This document shows positions 18,857 to 27,204 of a stretch of DNA of 64,000 nucleotides, one piece after another. The notes beneath the pieces are model-generated. The model did not search any database. It was not told the DNA's origin and saw only the letters and a list, made by a program, of their open reading frames with translations. Made by a program: the position numbers and the translations under genes. This stretch comes from a virus (taxonomy: Duplodnaviria; Caudoviricetes): IMG/VR virus record IMGVR_UViG_3300028805_002025, positions 64,001-128,000 of that record, one strand, 5' to 3'. Position 1 is the stretch's first letter. Each line of letters opens with the position of its first letter.

Positions 18857-20227
18857 TTAATATCTCTTTGATATATAATCCATTCCAGAATTAGACTTTC
18901 TGCCTATCTGTTTGTTCATAGCTCTAAGAGCCTCCCTGTTAGCCTTGTACTGTTCTGGAGTATCTGCATCTTCCCAGTTAGGGTCGTAGTTTTCAAAGTG
19001 ACCATTTCCAATCTGTGCGTCCCTTATAATCTGTTTAAGCATCTTTGCAGCATCCTTCCAGCCATTATTCATATAATCGCCTGGATAAATTCTAATTCTG
19101 CCACCAGCTCTTGTAAGAACCTTAATTTTTTCTGGCGTGTACATACCATAAGCACCGTTGAATGGGATAATTATATAACCCCTACCATTAAGCTTTATAT
19201 CACCAGTAAGTCCATATGGAGTACCTTCTTTGTCCATAAGTGGCCACCTTTCTGACTCACCCTGTACCTCTAGTGCATGATGATAAGCGTCATTAGCCTG
19301 CTGTATGAGCTGCTGTATCTTGATTGTAGGGCCTGCTGCCATTTCAGTTATAATCTTCATTGCAGCTTCCTTCACGACCTGCTTAAGCTCAGATTCTGTA
19401 AGAGTGAGTTTATTGGAATATCTGCTTGCCATTTCCTGTAGTGTAGCAAGGTCTTCTTGGTATCTCTGCTTGGCAATACTGATGAAGTCCTCTGGTGCTA
19501 TGTTTATGTCATTTACAGCTCTTGTCAATCTGTCATTGATGTAAATAATCTTTTCACCATTGATAGTAGCAGCAATCCAGAGAATAGAGTTTGACTCAAA
19601 GTTCTTGTACCTCATGTGAAGCTCAGCTTCCCTTTTGATAAACTCTTGTATTCTCTCTTCCTCTACACCCATGTCTCTAAGTGCCTTAACGCCACTGACA
19701 GGAGCTTTTGCTTTAAGATATGGCTTAACCTGTTCTGGAGTAAGCTCTTGAATAATATGACCATCTGTACCAACAGCATATGTAACACTCTTTATTTTAG
19801 CACCATATGTATTCTGTGCATTGTATGAGTGAGACTTCAAAGCATCGTTTCCACCATTGTAAAGGTCTGGACCGTTACTTCCCCAGTTAGAACCAGTTTT
19901 ATAACTCTCTTTGTCCTGCATTGGGGCAATTCCGTATTCTGCTCTAAGGTCGTTGAATGCTTTTTTATATTCACCATACTTCTTATTTACGGTGTCCCTA
20001 TGATTATACTGCATGTTGTAACTGGTAATCTTCACAAGAGCACCAATATCCTCGCCAAATACACTATAGTCATCATATTTTTTCATCCTGTTTGTTGCAG
20101 GATTCTTCCTAGATACGGTAGGAACTGCAAGATTAGCTCCAGATACATATCCTATAGTTATGAACTTACCTCTACCAATCTGGTCTAGCAAGTCAAAAAA
20201 CTTATCAGAACTTTCAATTCTTCTCAT
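18857..20227 (-). CDS. Two-domain protein with internal LTES motif
   Basis: 456 aa; internal KLTLTESELKQVVKEAAMKIITE. Confidence 0.75.
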   Translation of the reverse strand: MRRIESSDKFFDLLDQIGRGKFITIGYVSGANLAVPTVSRKNPATNRMKKYDDYSVFGEDIGALVKITSYNMQYNHRDTVNKKYGEYKKAFNDLRAEYGIAPMQDKESYKTGSNWGSNGPDLYNGGNDALKSHSYNAQNTYGAKIKSVTYAVGTDGHIIQELTPEQVKPYLKAKAPVSGVKALRDMGVEEERIQEFIKREAELHMRYKNFESNSILWIAATINGEKIIYINDRLTRAVNDINIAPEDFISIAKQRYQEDLATLQEMASRYSNKLTLTESELKQVVKEAAMKIITEMAAGPTIKIQQLIQQANDAYHHALEVQGESERWPLMDKEGTPYGLTGDIKLNGRGYIIIPFNGAYGMYTPEKIKVLTRAGGRIRIYPGDYMNNGWKDAAKMLKQIIRDAQIGNGHFENYDPNWEDADTPEQYKANREALRAMNKQIGRKSNSGMDYISKRY

Positions 20228-20233
20228 AGTAAA

Positions 20234-20503
20234 TTACCAATTTTTAAGCCAGATAGCCTTCTGGAAGGTCTCTAGCATTTCATTATTATCTGTGTAGTAT
20301 TTTTCTGCTGCTGTAGTAGCACTTGCGGACTCCAGGTTGCTCTCGCTGTTGTAGTCCTTGTCACCGAACACACTGCTTACCTTGGTGATATCGTAATATG
20401 CACCAACAGCGTAGTGACCGTTAGCACCAAATACGACTGAATCCTCGTCAAGGTGCATAGCCATAGCCTTCAGTATATCACTGTCCTTAATCTTCTTTGC
20501 CAT
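20234..20503 (-). CDS. Small hypothetical protein
   Basis: Start revised to ATG 20503 (MAKKIKDSDILKAM), 23 nt downstream of an ATATTTAT motif; contains SATT. Confidence 0.7.
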   Translation of the reverse strand: MAKKIKDSDILKAMAMHLDEDSVVFGANGHYAVGAYYDITKVSSVFGDKDYNSESNLESASATTAAEKYYTDNNEMLETFQKAIWLKNW

Positions 20504-20526
20504 AGTTAAAAAATGTTTAATTACAA

Positions 20527-20535
20527 ATAAATATC
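20527..20535 (-). promoter_or_regulatory. Putative phage late promoter GATATTTAT
   Basis: Heads the minus-strand unit 20503>20227>18855>18463 (glycosyltransferase). Confidence 0.6.
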
Positions 20536-20543
20536 TCCCAAAA

Positions 20544-20575
20544 CTTGTTTTTCTCGCAAAAAACATATATCTTTG
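20544..20575 (+). promoter_or_regulatory. Bacteroidota housekeeping-sigma promoter
   Basis: CTTG(20544-47)-N20-TATCTTTG(20568-75), upstream of ATG 20594. Confidence 0.75.
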
Positions 20576-20593
20576 CAAATAAAAAGACAAATC

Positions 20594-21133
20594 ATGAGTG
20601 TAATAGCATTTAAAGTTAACGGAGACAAAATACAGGTTGCTGCTGATGGCAGAGCTGTTATTGATGACAGAATTGCAAATGAGCATTTCAAGAAGATAAT
20701 TCAGATATCCGATAACCTCATAATTGGGGCTACTGGACTTGCTGGTTCAATAGGTATCTATGAGAAGTTCGTAAAGGCTAATGAGCCTACATTCGGTATG
20801 TTAAGCAACTCCACAGATGCCATACCACTTTTCAAGAGATTCAAGGACTACATGGTTGATAACTACGGATATAGCGAGGATACATTGAAGGAACTCGGTG
20901 GCTTCCTAGTGGTTAACAGGAGGTTTCATGCTGTTTTCTACTATGACGATGCATTGACCCCATACGCTGTATATGACACTGAGTGCGACCAGTTTGCATT
21001 CGGGTCAACAGGCATCTATACATCAGCATTGATTGATTGTGGTATCCCAATCGATGAGGCCATAAAGAAATCAGCTGAGAAATATACATCCATTAACGCT
21101 AACGTGACATTGCTTGAGATAGCTAGAAGATGA
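20594..21133 (+). CDS. Ntn-hydrolase, HslV/proteasome-beta-like peptidase
   Basis: Start revised to ATG 20594: MSVIAFK...VAADGR...KIIQISDNLIIGATG...FAFGSTG matches the proteasome-beta pattern, with Ser at the nucleophile position. Confidence 0.65.
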   Translation: MSVIAFKVNGDKIQVAADGRAVIDDRIANEHFKKIIQISDNLIIGATGLAGSIGIYEKFVKANEPTFGMLSNSTDAIPLFKRFKDYMVDNYGYSEDTLKELGGFLVVNRRFHAVFYYDDALTPYAVYDTECDQFAFGSTGIYTSALIDCGIPIDEAIKKSAEKYTSINANVTLLEIARR

Positions 21134-22164
21134 TACATGAGTTAGAGAAGCTGTACGCAATACTGGTTTCGTTCCTTGGTGAAGCTAAGAATGGCTTCAG
21201 TGAGCATAACCTTGAACTGGAGTTTCCATGCCCATGCTGTATTGACAGAGAGGGTAATGGAGAAGCCAGGAAGTATAACCTTGCCGTAAATCTTCAGAAG
21301 CAGGTATTCCAGTGCTGGAAGTGCTCTTCTATGGGTGAACCGATGAAAGGTTCTATCGTGAAGCTTATAAGGCTGTATGGCAATGAGGAACTACTGGAAC
21401 AGTACAAGGAAATTATTCGTTCCATACATGAAAGTGAACTATACAAGCTGCATTTCTCTGAAAAGGACTTTAATATTGACACATCACTTGTTACAAGAGA
21501 GGACTTAAAATTCCCAGACAGTTTCCAATATTTTGATAGAAAAAAGACGAATCATTGGTCAGCCCTTAAATACCTACTGGATAGAGGATTGACCTGGGAT
21601 ATTATTGAAAAATATAAAATGGGGTATACCCTTCGTGAAGAAACACCAGAGAATAGGAAATATTCTTACAGGGTCATTATACCATCATTTAACGCCGTAG
21701 GTGAGCTTAACTACTGGGTAGGTAGAGATTTCCTGCCAAAGGACGATAGGTTCACCAGGACGAAATACGCCAATCCAAAAACAGAGAAAAAGGAGATTAT
21801 ATTCAACGAGGAAAAGGTGCAGTGGGACGCTGATATAACGCTCGTAGAGGGTGCATTTGACCACATCGTAGTACCTAACTCCATCCCACTGCTTGGAAAG
21901 GCTCTGGACAAAGATTATAAGCTCTACTGGGACTTAATAACCCGTTGCAACGCAAAAGTGAATTTGATGCTTGATGCGGATGCCTATCAAACGGTTAAAG
22001 AAATATATAAGTTCCTTAATCACGGTAGACTGTACGACAAGATTAGATACATACCAATTGAAGAAGGTGAAGACCCGTCTTCATTATTTAAGAAGGGTGG
22101 ATATAAAGAAATTGCCAGGCACTTAGCCAATGCCCAGCAAATCGATGAAGTCTACTTACAATGA
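21130..22164 (+). CDS. dnaG: DNA primase (DnaG-type, Zn finger + TOPRIM)
   Basis: CPCC...CWKC Zn site, YLLDRG, RVIIP, VGR, KYANP, LVEGAFD, LDADA, EDP. Confidence 0.88.
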   Translation: MIHELEKLYAILVSFLGEAKNGFSEHNLELEFPCPCCIDREGNGEARKYNLAVNLQKQVFQCWKCSSMGEPMKGSIVKLIRLYGNEELLEQYKEIIRSIHESELYKLHFSEKDFNIDTSLVTREDLKFPDSFQYFDRKKTNHWSALKYLLDRGLTWDIIEKYKMGYTLREETPENRKYSYRVIIPSFNAVGELNYWVGRDFLPKDDRFTRTKYANPKTEKKEIIFNEEKVQWDADITLVEGAFDHIVVPNSIPLLGKALDKDYKLYWDLITRCNAKVNLMLDADAYQTVKEIYKFLNHGRLYDKIRYIPIEEGEDPSSLFKKGGYKEIARHLANAQQIDEVYLQ

Positions 22165-22467
22165 TAACCAACCAATTTCAATGCCTATGTCATAACTGTA
22201 GGTAACAGTTGTTACGTCAAAGCCATTTGACTTGTATTTTGTCTTAATTCTGTCTGCAAGCATATTCAATTGCCCCATTGAGAGAGTGAGTCCCATATAC
22301 TTCTTAACCATACCATCAAGATAGAACCCTATTGACATTTTGCCGCGTTTCGATACATCCTCTATCTTGTTGTCAATCCCGTCATACAGTCTCTTCATTG
22401 CGTCTGCATTACAATCCACACCTACATTTTTATAGGCATAACTACGTGCCGTTGCTGCATTAATCAT
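22156..22467 (-). CDS. Hypothetical protein
   Basis: 103 aa, last gene of a small early operon. Confidence 0.65.
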   Translation of the reverse strand: MINAATARSYAYKNVGVDCNADAMKRLYDGIDNKIEDVSKRGKMSIGFYLDGMVKKYMGLTLSMGQLNMLADRIKTKYKSNGFDVTTVTYSYDIGIEIGWLSL

Positions 22468-22469
22468 AT

Positions 22470-22832
22470 CTAATCTAATTTTTCAAGTTTAACTTCAATT
22501 ACGCCACCCTGCCACTCAGACAGGAACATCACACCACCTGTCTTCTGTGACATCCATATTGGCGACTGGTCTGTAAAGAACTCGTCTCCGAACATGTCGT
22601 AGAGCTTTGCCTTTATAGACCCAATCTCTCTTTTCAGCTCCTCAGCCTGGTCTGGATGCTTTTTCTTGTTCAAATCAGCTAAGGCAAGCTCCAACTCCTG
22701 CTTACGTGCATTCCACATCTTGTACGAGTTAACATAGTCCTCGTGCGAGATAAGATTCTTCACCTGGGACGTATTGTTATACCCAGGGTACGTAATCTTG
22801 TATATTCCTAAAATCTTACTTGGTCTTTTCAT
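22470..22832 (-). CDS. Hypothetical protein
   Basis: 120 aa ORF. Confidence 0.65.
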   Translation of the reverse strand: MKRPSKILGIYKITYPGYNNTSQVKNLISHEDYVNSYKMWNARKQELELALADLNKKKHPDQAEELKREIGSIKAKLYDMFGDEFFTDQSPIWMSQKTGGVMFLSEWQGGVIEVKLEKLD

Positions 22833-23088
22833 ATTCTTCTAACTCCTTTTTACCATTCATTGTTAGATAATATCCAGTGAAGTTCTTGTCATAGGTGACA
22901 AGACCCAGTTTTCTCAGTTTACCAATCTGAGACCCGACTTGCAGCCAGCCCTTCCTGGTGTAGGACATATGCTCGGTCTCTGGGTTTCCTCCCCAGAGTT
23001 TCCATGAAATCCACTTGGCACAGATACCCTCAAAGTAAGTACCCTTCTCAAGCAGTTTCAATAATTTGTACTGATACTTTGTAATCAT
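22816..23088 (-). CDS. Putative winged-helix DNA-binding protein
   Basis: QIGKLRKLGLVTYD...YYLTMNGKKEL wing signature. Confidence 0.55.
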   Translation of the reverse strand: MITKYQYKLLKLLEKGTYFEGICAKWISWKLWGGNPETEHMSYTRKGWLQVGSQIGKLRKLGLVTYDKNFTGYYLTMNGKKELEEYEKTK

Positions 23089-23091
23089 ACT

Positions 23092-23343
23092 TTACGGAAC
23101 TATTACGTCTATTCTTAAGCCAATTGATTTTGAGGGATAATACTCATTATCCATGAACTCCTCAGTGTGGATAATTTCTTCTGCATCATCATCCTCAGTA
23201 CCCTCTGGAATCCAGAAATGTAATCCACTGTTGCCACCACCACCATCAATGACAAGTGACACAACACCTTCCTCCTGTAGTTTCTTGAGGTTATTTACCG
23301 CTTGTCTGGCTAGTTTCTCCTGCCTCTCGTTTAACTGTTTCAT
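23092..23343 (-). CDS. Hypothetical protein
   Basis: Probable start ATG 23343 (MKQLNERQEK). Confidence 0.6.
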   Translation of the reverse strand: MKQLNERQEKLARQAVNNLKKLQEEGVVSLVIDGGGGNSGLHFWIPEGTEDDDAEEIIHTEEFMDNEYYPSKSIGLRIDVIVP

Positions 23344-23497
23344 ATGCAAAACAAAAATTGTTACAATGTTTACCTTCACTAGCTAGTTTTACCTTACCAG
23401 TTATGCTACATTTTCGACCATTCTTTAATAGTCCGTTTCTTACCGTTGTGGACGGTACTGTTACATCCCACCAATCACAATATTGACACTGTTTCAT
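23291..23497 (-). CDS. Small Cys-rich (CxxC...C...C) protein
   Basis: MKQCQYCDWW...KCS...HCNNF; overlaps the downstream gene by about 50 nt. Confidence 0.5.
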   Translation of the reverse strand: MKQCQYCDWWDVTVPSTTVRNGLLKNGRKCSITGKVKLASEGKHCNNFCFAYETVKREAGETSQTSGK

Positions 23498-23532
23498 ACT
23501 CCTGGAAATCTTGGTCTGTAAAATATGTGGTC

Positions 23533-23973
23533 TTACCCATTGTTCCAGCTTCTAAACAGTTCCTCGATAATGTGATGCTGAAGGCAATTGAGACCCTTTA
23601 CCTCCATAACGTGGTTATCGGTATCATCCCAAGTGATTTTGGGCTTTCCAACCTCTGGAACGTCATCGTCCTTGAGTTCGTTATCGTCCTCGTCGAAGTA
23701 ATACCCGAACTTCTCCATCATTGACAGAAGAAGACACTGCTGGGCATTTGTCGCCTCCTTAAACATGAACTCCTTTCTGGACTCAGTTGCGTGTCCAAGA
23801 TGGGTTGTCCCATCAGATACATTGAACTGGTTTCTGTCTATGTCGAATGAGCAGAGCCAGTAGATGAGGTTATCCTCCACACGGTCAAACATATAAATCT
23901 CGCCAATGGAATCTCCATAGGTTATGAACATAATGTCACCCTTCTTTGCTGTAGTAAAATCAACGTATTTCAT
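23533..23973 (-). CDS. Hypothetical protein
   Basis: 146 aa, first gene after a Bacteroidota-type promoter. Confidence 0.7.
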   Translation of the reverse strand: MKYVDFTTAKKGDIMFITYGDSIGEIYMFDRVEDNLIYWLCSFDIDRNQFNVSDGTTHLGHATESRKEFMFKEATNAQQCLLLSMMEKFGYYFDEDDNELKDDDVPEVGKPKITWDDTDNHVMEVKGLNCLQHHIIEELFRSWNNG

Positions 23974-23999
23974 AACTTATAATTTTTTTAATTCTGCTG

Positions 24000-24031
24000 C
24001 AAATTTAGACAAAAAAACTGGAACTACCAAA
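24000..24031 (-). promoter_or_regulatory. Bacteroidota housekeeping-sigma promoter
   Basis: Minus strand TTTG(24031-28)-N20-TAAATTTG(24007-24000). Confidence 0.75.
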
Positions 24032-24048
24032 TGTAATCCCAGTTTTTT
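24011..24048 (-). terminator. Intrinsic terminator overlapping the promoter
   Basis: Minus-strand CUGGGAUUAC-AUUUG-GUAGUUCCAG hairpin followed by U7. Confidence 0.75.
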
Positions 24049-24067
24049 AAGATTTTTTAACATTTTT

Positions 24068-26380
24068 TTAATGACCATTATAATGCTCATATACATTACT
24101 TTGCATTATCCTAGATGCTCTACAGTATGCTTCATTCAGTGATGAAACATAATCGCTCCATTTTTGTCCTACACTTGGTGTTGGTAGAGTATATTTATCT
24201 CTGTTATATACAACTATTCCCCTATACCTATACCTCTGATTTTCTTGAGTCGTTGATGGCGTTACATTCCATTTATCCGTTCTGACCCTTATCCAACCAG
24301 TATTATCAGAACTGCTAGTAGGGGCAATATTAATACCAATCACAAAATCATCATTAACGGTTACATAATGTTCTACATCACTATCGCTATATCCACTATA
24401 ATCATTAACGCCAAGAGATACTGTTGCAAGTACACCAAGTATTTTTGATTCATTACCATACGTCTCTTGTGTACTTGGGTCAATATCACCACTACTCTTA
24501 TATGTTGTTTCCTCAGTAAGTTTTACTATCATAATTGAGTCCATATATTGTCCATTTACTACACCGCTTTCATAGTTATCGCAAACTCCGAACATATATC
24601 CGTACATTGCAGCACCTTGTGAATAATTAGAAACACCACCACCATCATCATAGTGTATTCCTTCGGTGTCGTCATAACCAAGAAGCAAATTGGTTTGGAA
24701 GTAAGCATTCTTTGATACATACTCCTCATCAGCATCACAATTTTCAAACTTTTGTTGTATTATATCCGTGATACATGAGTTTCTAGTGCATAATCCAGTT
24801 CTCTCGCAATCAGTGCATGTATCCATACAGTATGCATCACCAATCTTAGGATATATCTTAACCATTACGTATCTTTCAATCTTGTCAGAACCAATATTTT
24901 GTTGTACATTGAACTTGATACCTCTATATTGTTGGTCATGATGATATGTCCATACTAGTTCATTAACGCCACTTTCTGCCTTGAACCAAAAACCATCATA
25001 AATATCGTGTTTTGTTTCAGCTTCAACAAGATTTCCATCTTGATATACTGCAATTAGGGCATCACTAAGGTTGCTATTAGAGTATCCTACCACTTTATAC
25101 TCTCCAGAACCAGCATATGCACAAGTTGCTTCATGTGCTGCTTTAATTTGGTCGAATGTTGGATTCTGAACTCCAGGAACTGTTGTATTAACATTATGAG
25201 TTCCATGTGATGAACGGTGTTCAATTAATGGAGTTATATCGTAAATTTCAACTCTAACATCTTTCCACATTTCATCAAGTATGTCATATGAACTTGCTGT
25301 ACCAAGTATGTATTCTGTTTGGCTAGCGGCTAATGCCAAACCATCAGTATGCTCAAGATAATAGTAATCAAAGCTATTTGCATAAGGATGATGCCAATGA
25401 TGGAAATCTACTTCGCTACATGTAGTAGGCTTATCAGAAGATGGCTCATCACACCCAGTTCCTTTAGGCTGTGTCAAAGACGTAGAAGAGCCATCTTCTG
25501 CTGTTAGATTAATATATCCATCATATGTAAAACCAATATTTGACCAAGTACGACTACCCTCAGTATTATTCCTAGTATACGTAATCATAATATCACCTTT
25601 ACCACTATTAGCATTACTTGGCACTGGTGTTCCAAACTTTACAGTTTCAATCCACGTTGGAAACTCTTGAGTATTTCTTCCAACTACTGAAAGGGCTGAA
25701 TTGTTTACGCTATTACATCCATTATAATAATATTCGCCTATTTTTTCTTGAAAATTGCTTCCACACCCATTAAGTGATGTTGCTGTTATGCTATATGATA
25801 ACTGTGCATTTTCACATGGTACTTGTGAAACGTTAGAAGTTCCAGCTCGTCTTCCTGCGTATGTAACCTCAATAGTTCCATAGACTGGCTGCGCTGTGTA
25901 TCCCCAAGATGCTACAACATCTCCTTGACCATTAGTAGGTTCAGTAAAACTGATTGACAAACCAGGTATACTTGATGTTGCACTCATTCTAGAAACGCTA
26001 AATGATGGAGAAGATGTGGTATACTGACCAATTATTTGATTTTCTCCAGAACAATCTAATTGCGTTTTAGTAATATTTAATGCATCAATACCAGTATCAG
26101 TAGGATTATTAGCAGCCTGTACCACTTTAAGCCTTTTATCGCCAGTACAATGAGAACCATTAATGACTGCTGTTATATAACCAATCCTTTCTTTATCGCT
26201 TTCGTTCGTTAAAACAGACACTCCAACTGCGTTTTCTGTTGAGGTGATTGCTGTTGATAGCCATCCTTCAGGACTTTCTGAGTCATATGATACGTCAAAA
26301 CTAGGTTTAGCACAAGTAGACGGTAAATTATATTTAGCGTTTTGTGTACTACCCTCGCTTGTAAAATACTTAGTAACCAT
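24068..26380 (-). CDS. Putative tail fibre/receptor-binding protein with BACON/Ig-like modules
   Basis: 770 aa, Ser/Thr/Cys-rich beta protein; EGWLS...NESDKERIGYIT and TWIET...RNNTEGSRT resemble the BACON W...N...R pattern. Confidence 0.55.
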   Translation of the reverse strand: MVTKYFTSEGSTQNAKYNLPSTCAKPSFDVSYDSESPEGWLSTAITSTENAVGVSVLTNESDKERIGYITAVINGSHCTGDKRLKVVQAANNPTDTGIDALNITKTQLDCSGENQIIGQYTTSSPSFSVSRMSATSSIPGLSISFTEPTNGQGDVVASWGYTAQPVYGTIEVTYAGRRAGTSNVSQVPCENAQLSYSITATSLNGCGSNFQEKIGEYYYNGCNSVNNSALSVVGRNTQEFPTWIETVKFGTPVPSNANSGKGDIMITYTRNNTEGSRTWSNIGFTYDGYINLTAEDGSSTSLTQPKGTGCDEPSSDKPTTCSEVDFHHWHHPYANSFDYYYLEHTDGLALAASQTEYILGTASSYDILDEMWKDVRVEIYDITPLIEHRSSHGTHNVNTTVPGVQNPTFDQIKAAHEATCAYAGSGEYKVVGYSNSNLSDALIAVYQDGNLVEAETKHDIYDGFWFKAESGVNELVWTYHHDQQYRGIKFNVQQNIGSDKIERYVMVKIYPKIGDAYCMDTCTDCERTGLCTRNSCITDIIQQKFENCDADEEYVSKNAYFQTNLLLGYDDTEGIHYDDGGGVSNYSQGAAMYGYMFGVCDNYESGVVNGQYMDSIMIVKLTEETTYKSSGDIDPSTQETYGNESKILGVLATVSLGVNDYSGYSDSDVEHYVTVNDDFVIGINIAPTSSSDNTGWIRVRTDKWNVTPSTTQENQRYRYRGIVVYNRDKYTLPTPSVGQKWSDYVSSLNEAYCRASRIMQSNVYEHYNGH

Positions 26381-26528
26381 TTTTAATACCTATTTTATTT
26401 CCTTTCTTATCTAAAAGGGCGTATACTGGTATACCATTTTGTCTGATAAACCAAACGACCTTATCATACTTAATATTTTTCTCAACCGATGACCATGTTA
26501 AATCGGTCTCATCATACATCTTACCCAT
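26370..26528 (-). CDS. Small hypothetical protein (52 aa, not in ORF track)
   Basis: Hand translation MGKMYDETDLTWSSVEKNIKYDKVVWFIRQNGIPVYALLDKKGNKIGIKNGY; stop overlaps the start of the next gene. Confidence 0.55.
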   Translation of the reverse strand: MGKMYDETDLTWSSVEKNIKYDKVVWFIRQNGIPVYALLDKKGNKIGIKNGY

Positions 26529-26546
26529 ACTTCACCACTTTATTGC

Positions 26547-27194
26547 TTATTTTCTAAGGTAATCTATAAAATCAATTATCCCTTCTACGTGTAACCTTAC
26601 GACACCGTGAACACCCTCCTCTGAGGTAAGGTACTCAAGGTCATCCTTGTTATCATAGAAGAAATTCTCCGTAAGAACCGCTGGGCAATAAGACTTTTTA
26701 ATCATATAGAAGTCAGCTTCCTTGTCCCTATCACCATCTGTCCAGTCCTCTCTTATCTTTCTTCCCTTGAGGTTACTATCTGCCCTCTTATATAGGAAGT
26801 CAGCTAGTATGTCTGATTTGGTCTTACCCCTTGTAGTATAAGCCTCCCAGCCCTTTGCATTTTCCCAGGCAGTACCGTTGCCCTTTGCATTTGAATGAAC
26901 TGAAATCATAAGGACGTTACTACTACCTTCCTTATTGCAGATTGTGTTAATACGCCTTATTCTCTCTGACAGAGAAATGTCTTTATCCTCTGGAACAACC
27001 AGCCTAGCATCATAGCCCATTGACTTCAGTTTGTCAACAATCTGCTTTGCTATGACCCTGTTGTATTTCCACTCACGGAATCTTCCACCATTGGTGAACT
27101 CACCTCCGATGTTCATTGAATTGTCAAGTAATGGGCTAAATTTTCCACGTGCCTCAGATGTAACACCATGCCCGTTATCTATTAATATAATCAT
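26547..27194 (-). CDS. N-acetylmuramoyl-L-alanine amidase (Amidase_3), endolysin
   Basis: ILIDNGHG, FREW (Zn-binding Glu), ISVHSNA, PAVLTENFFYDN. Confidence 0.92.
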   Translation of the reverse strand: MIILIDNGHGVTSEARGKFSPLLDNSMNIGGEFTNGGRFREWKYNRVIAKQIVDKLKSMGYDARLVVPEDKDISLSERIRRINTICNKEGSSNVLMISVHSNAKGNGTAWENAKGWEAYTTRGKTKSDILADFLYKRADSNLKGRKIREDWTDGDRDKEADFYMIKKSYCPAVLTENFFYDNKDDLEYLTSEEGVHGVVRLHVEGIIDFIDYLRK

Positions 27195-27204
27195 AATTAT
27201 TTTT

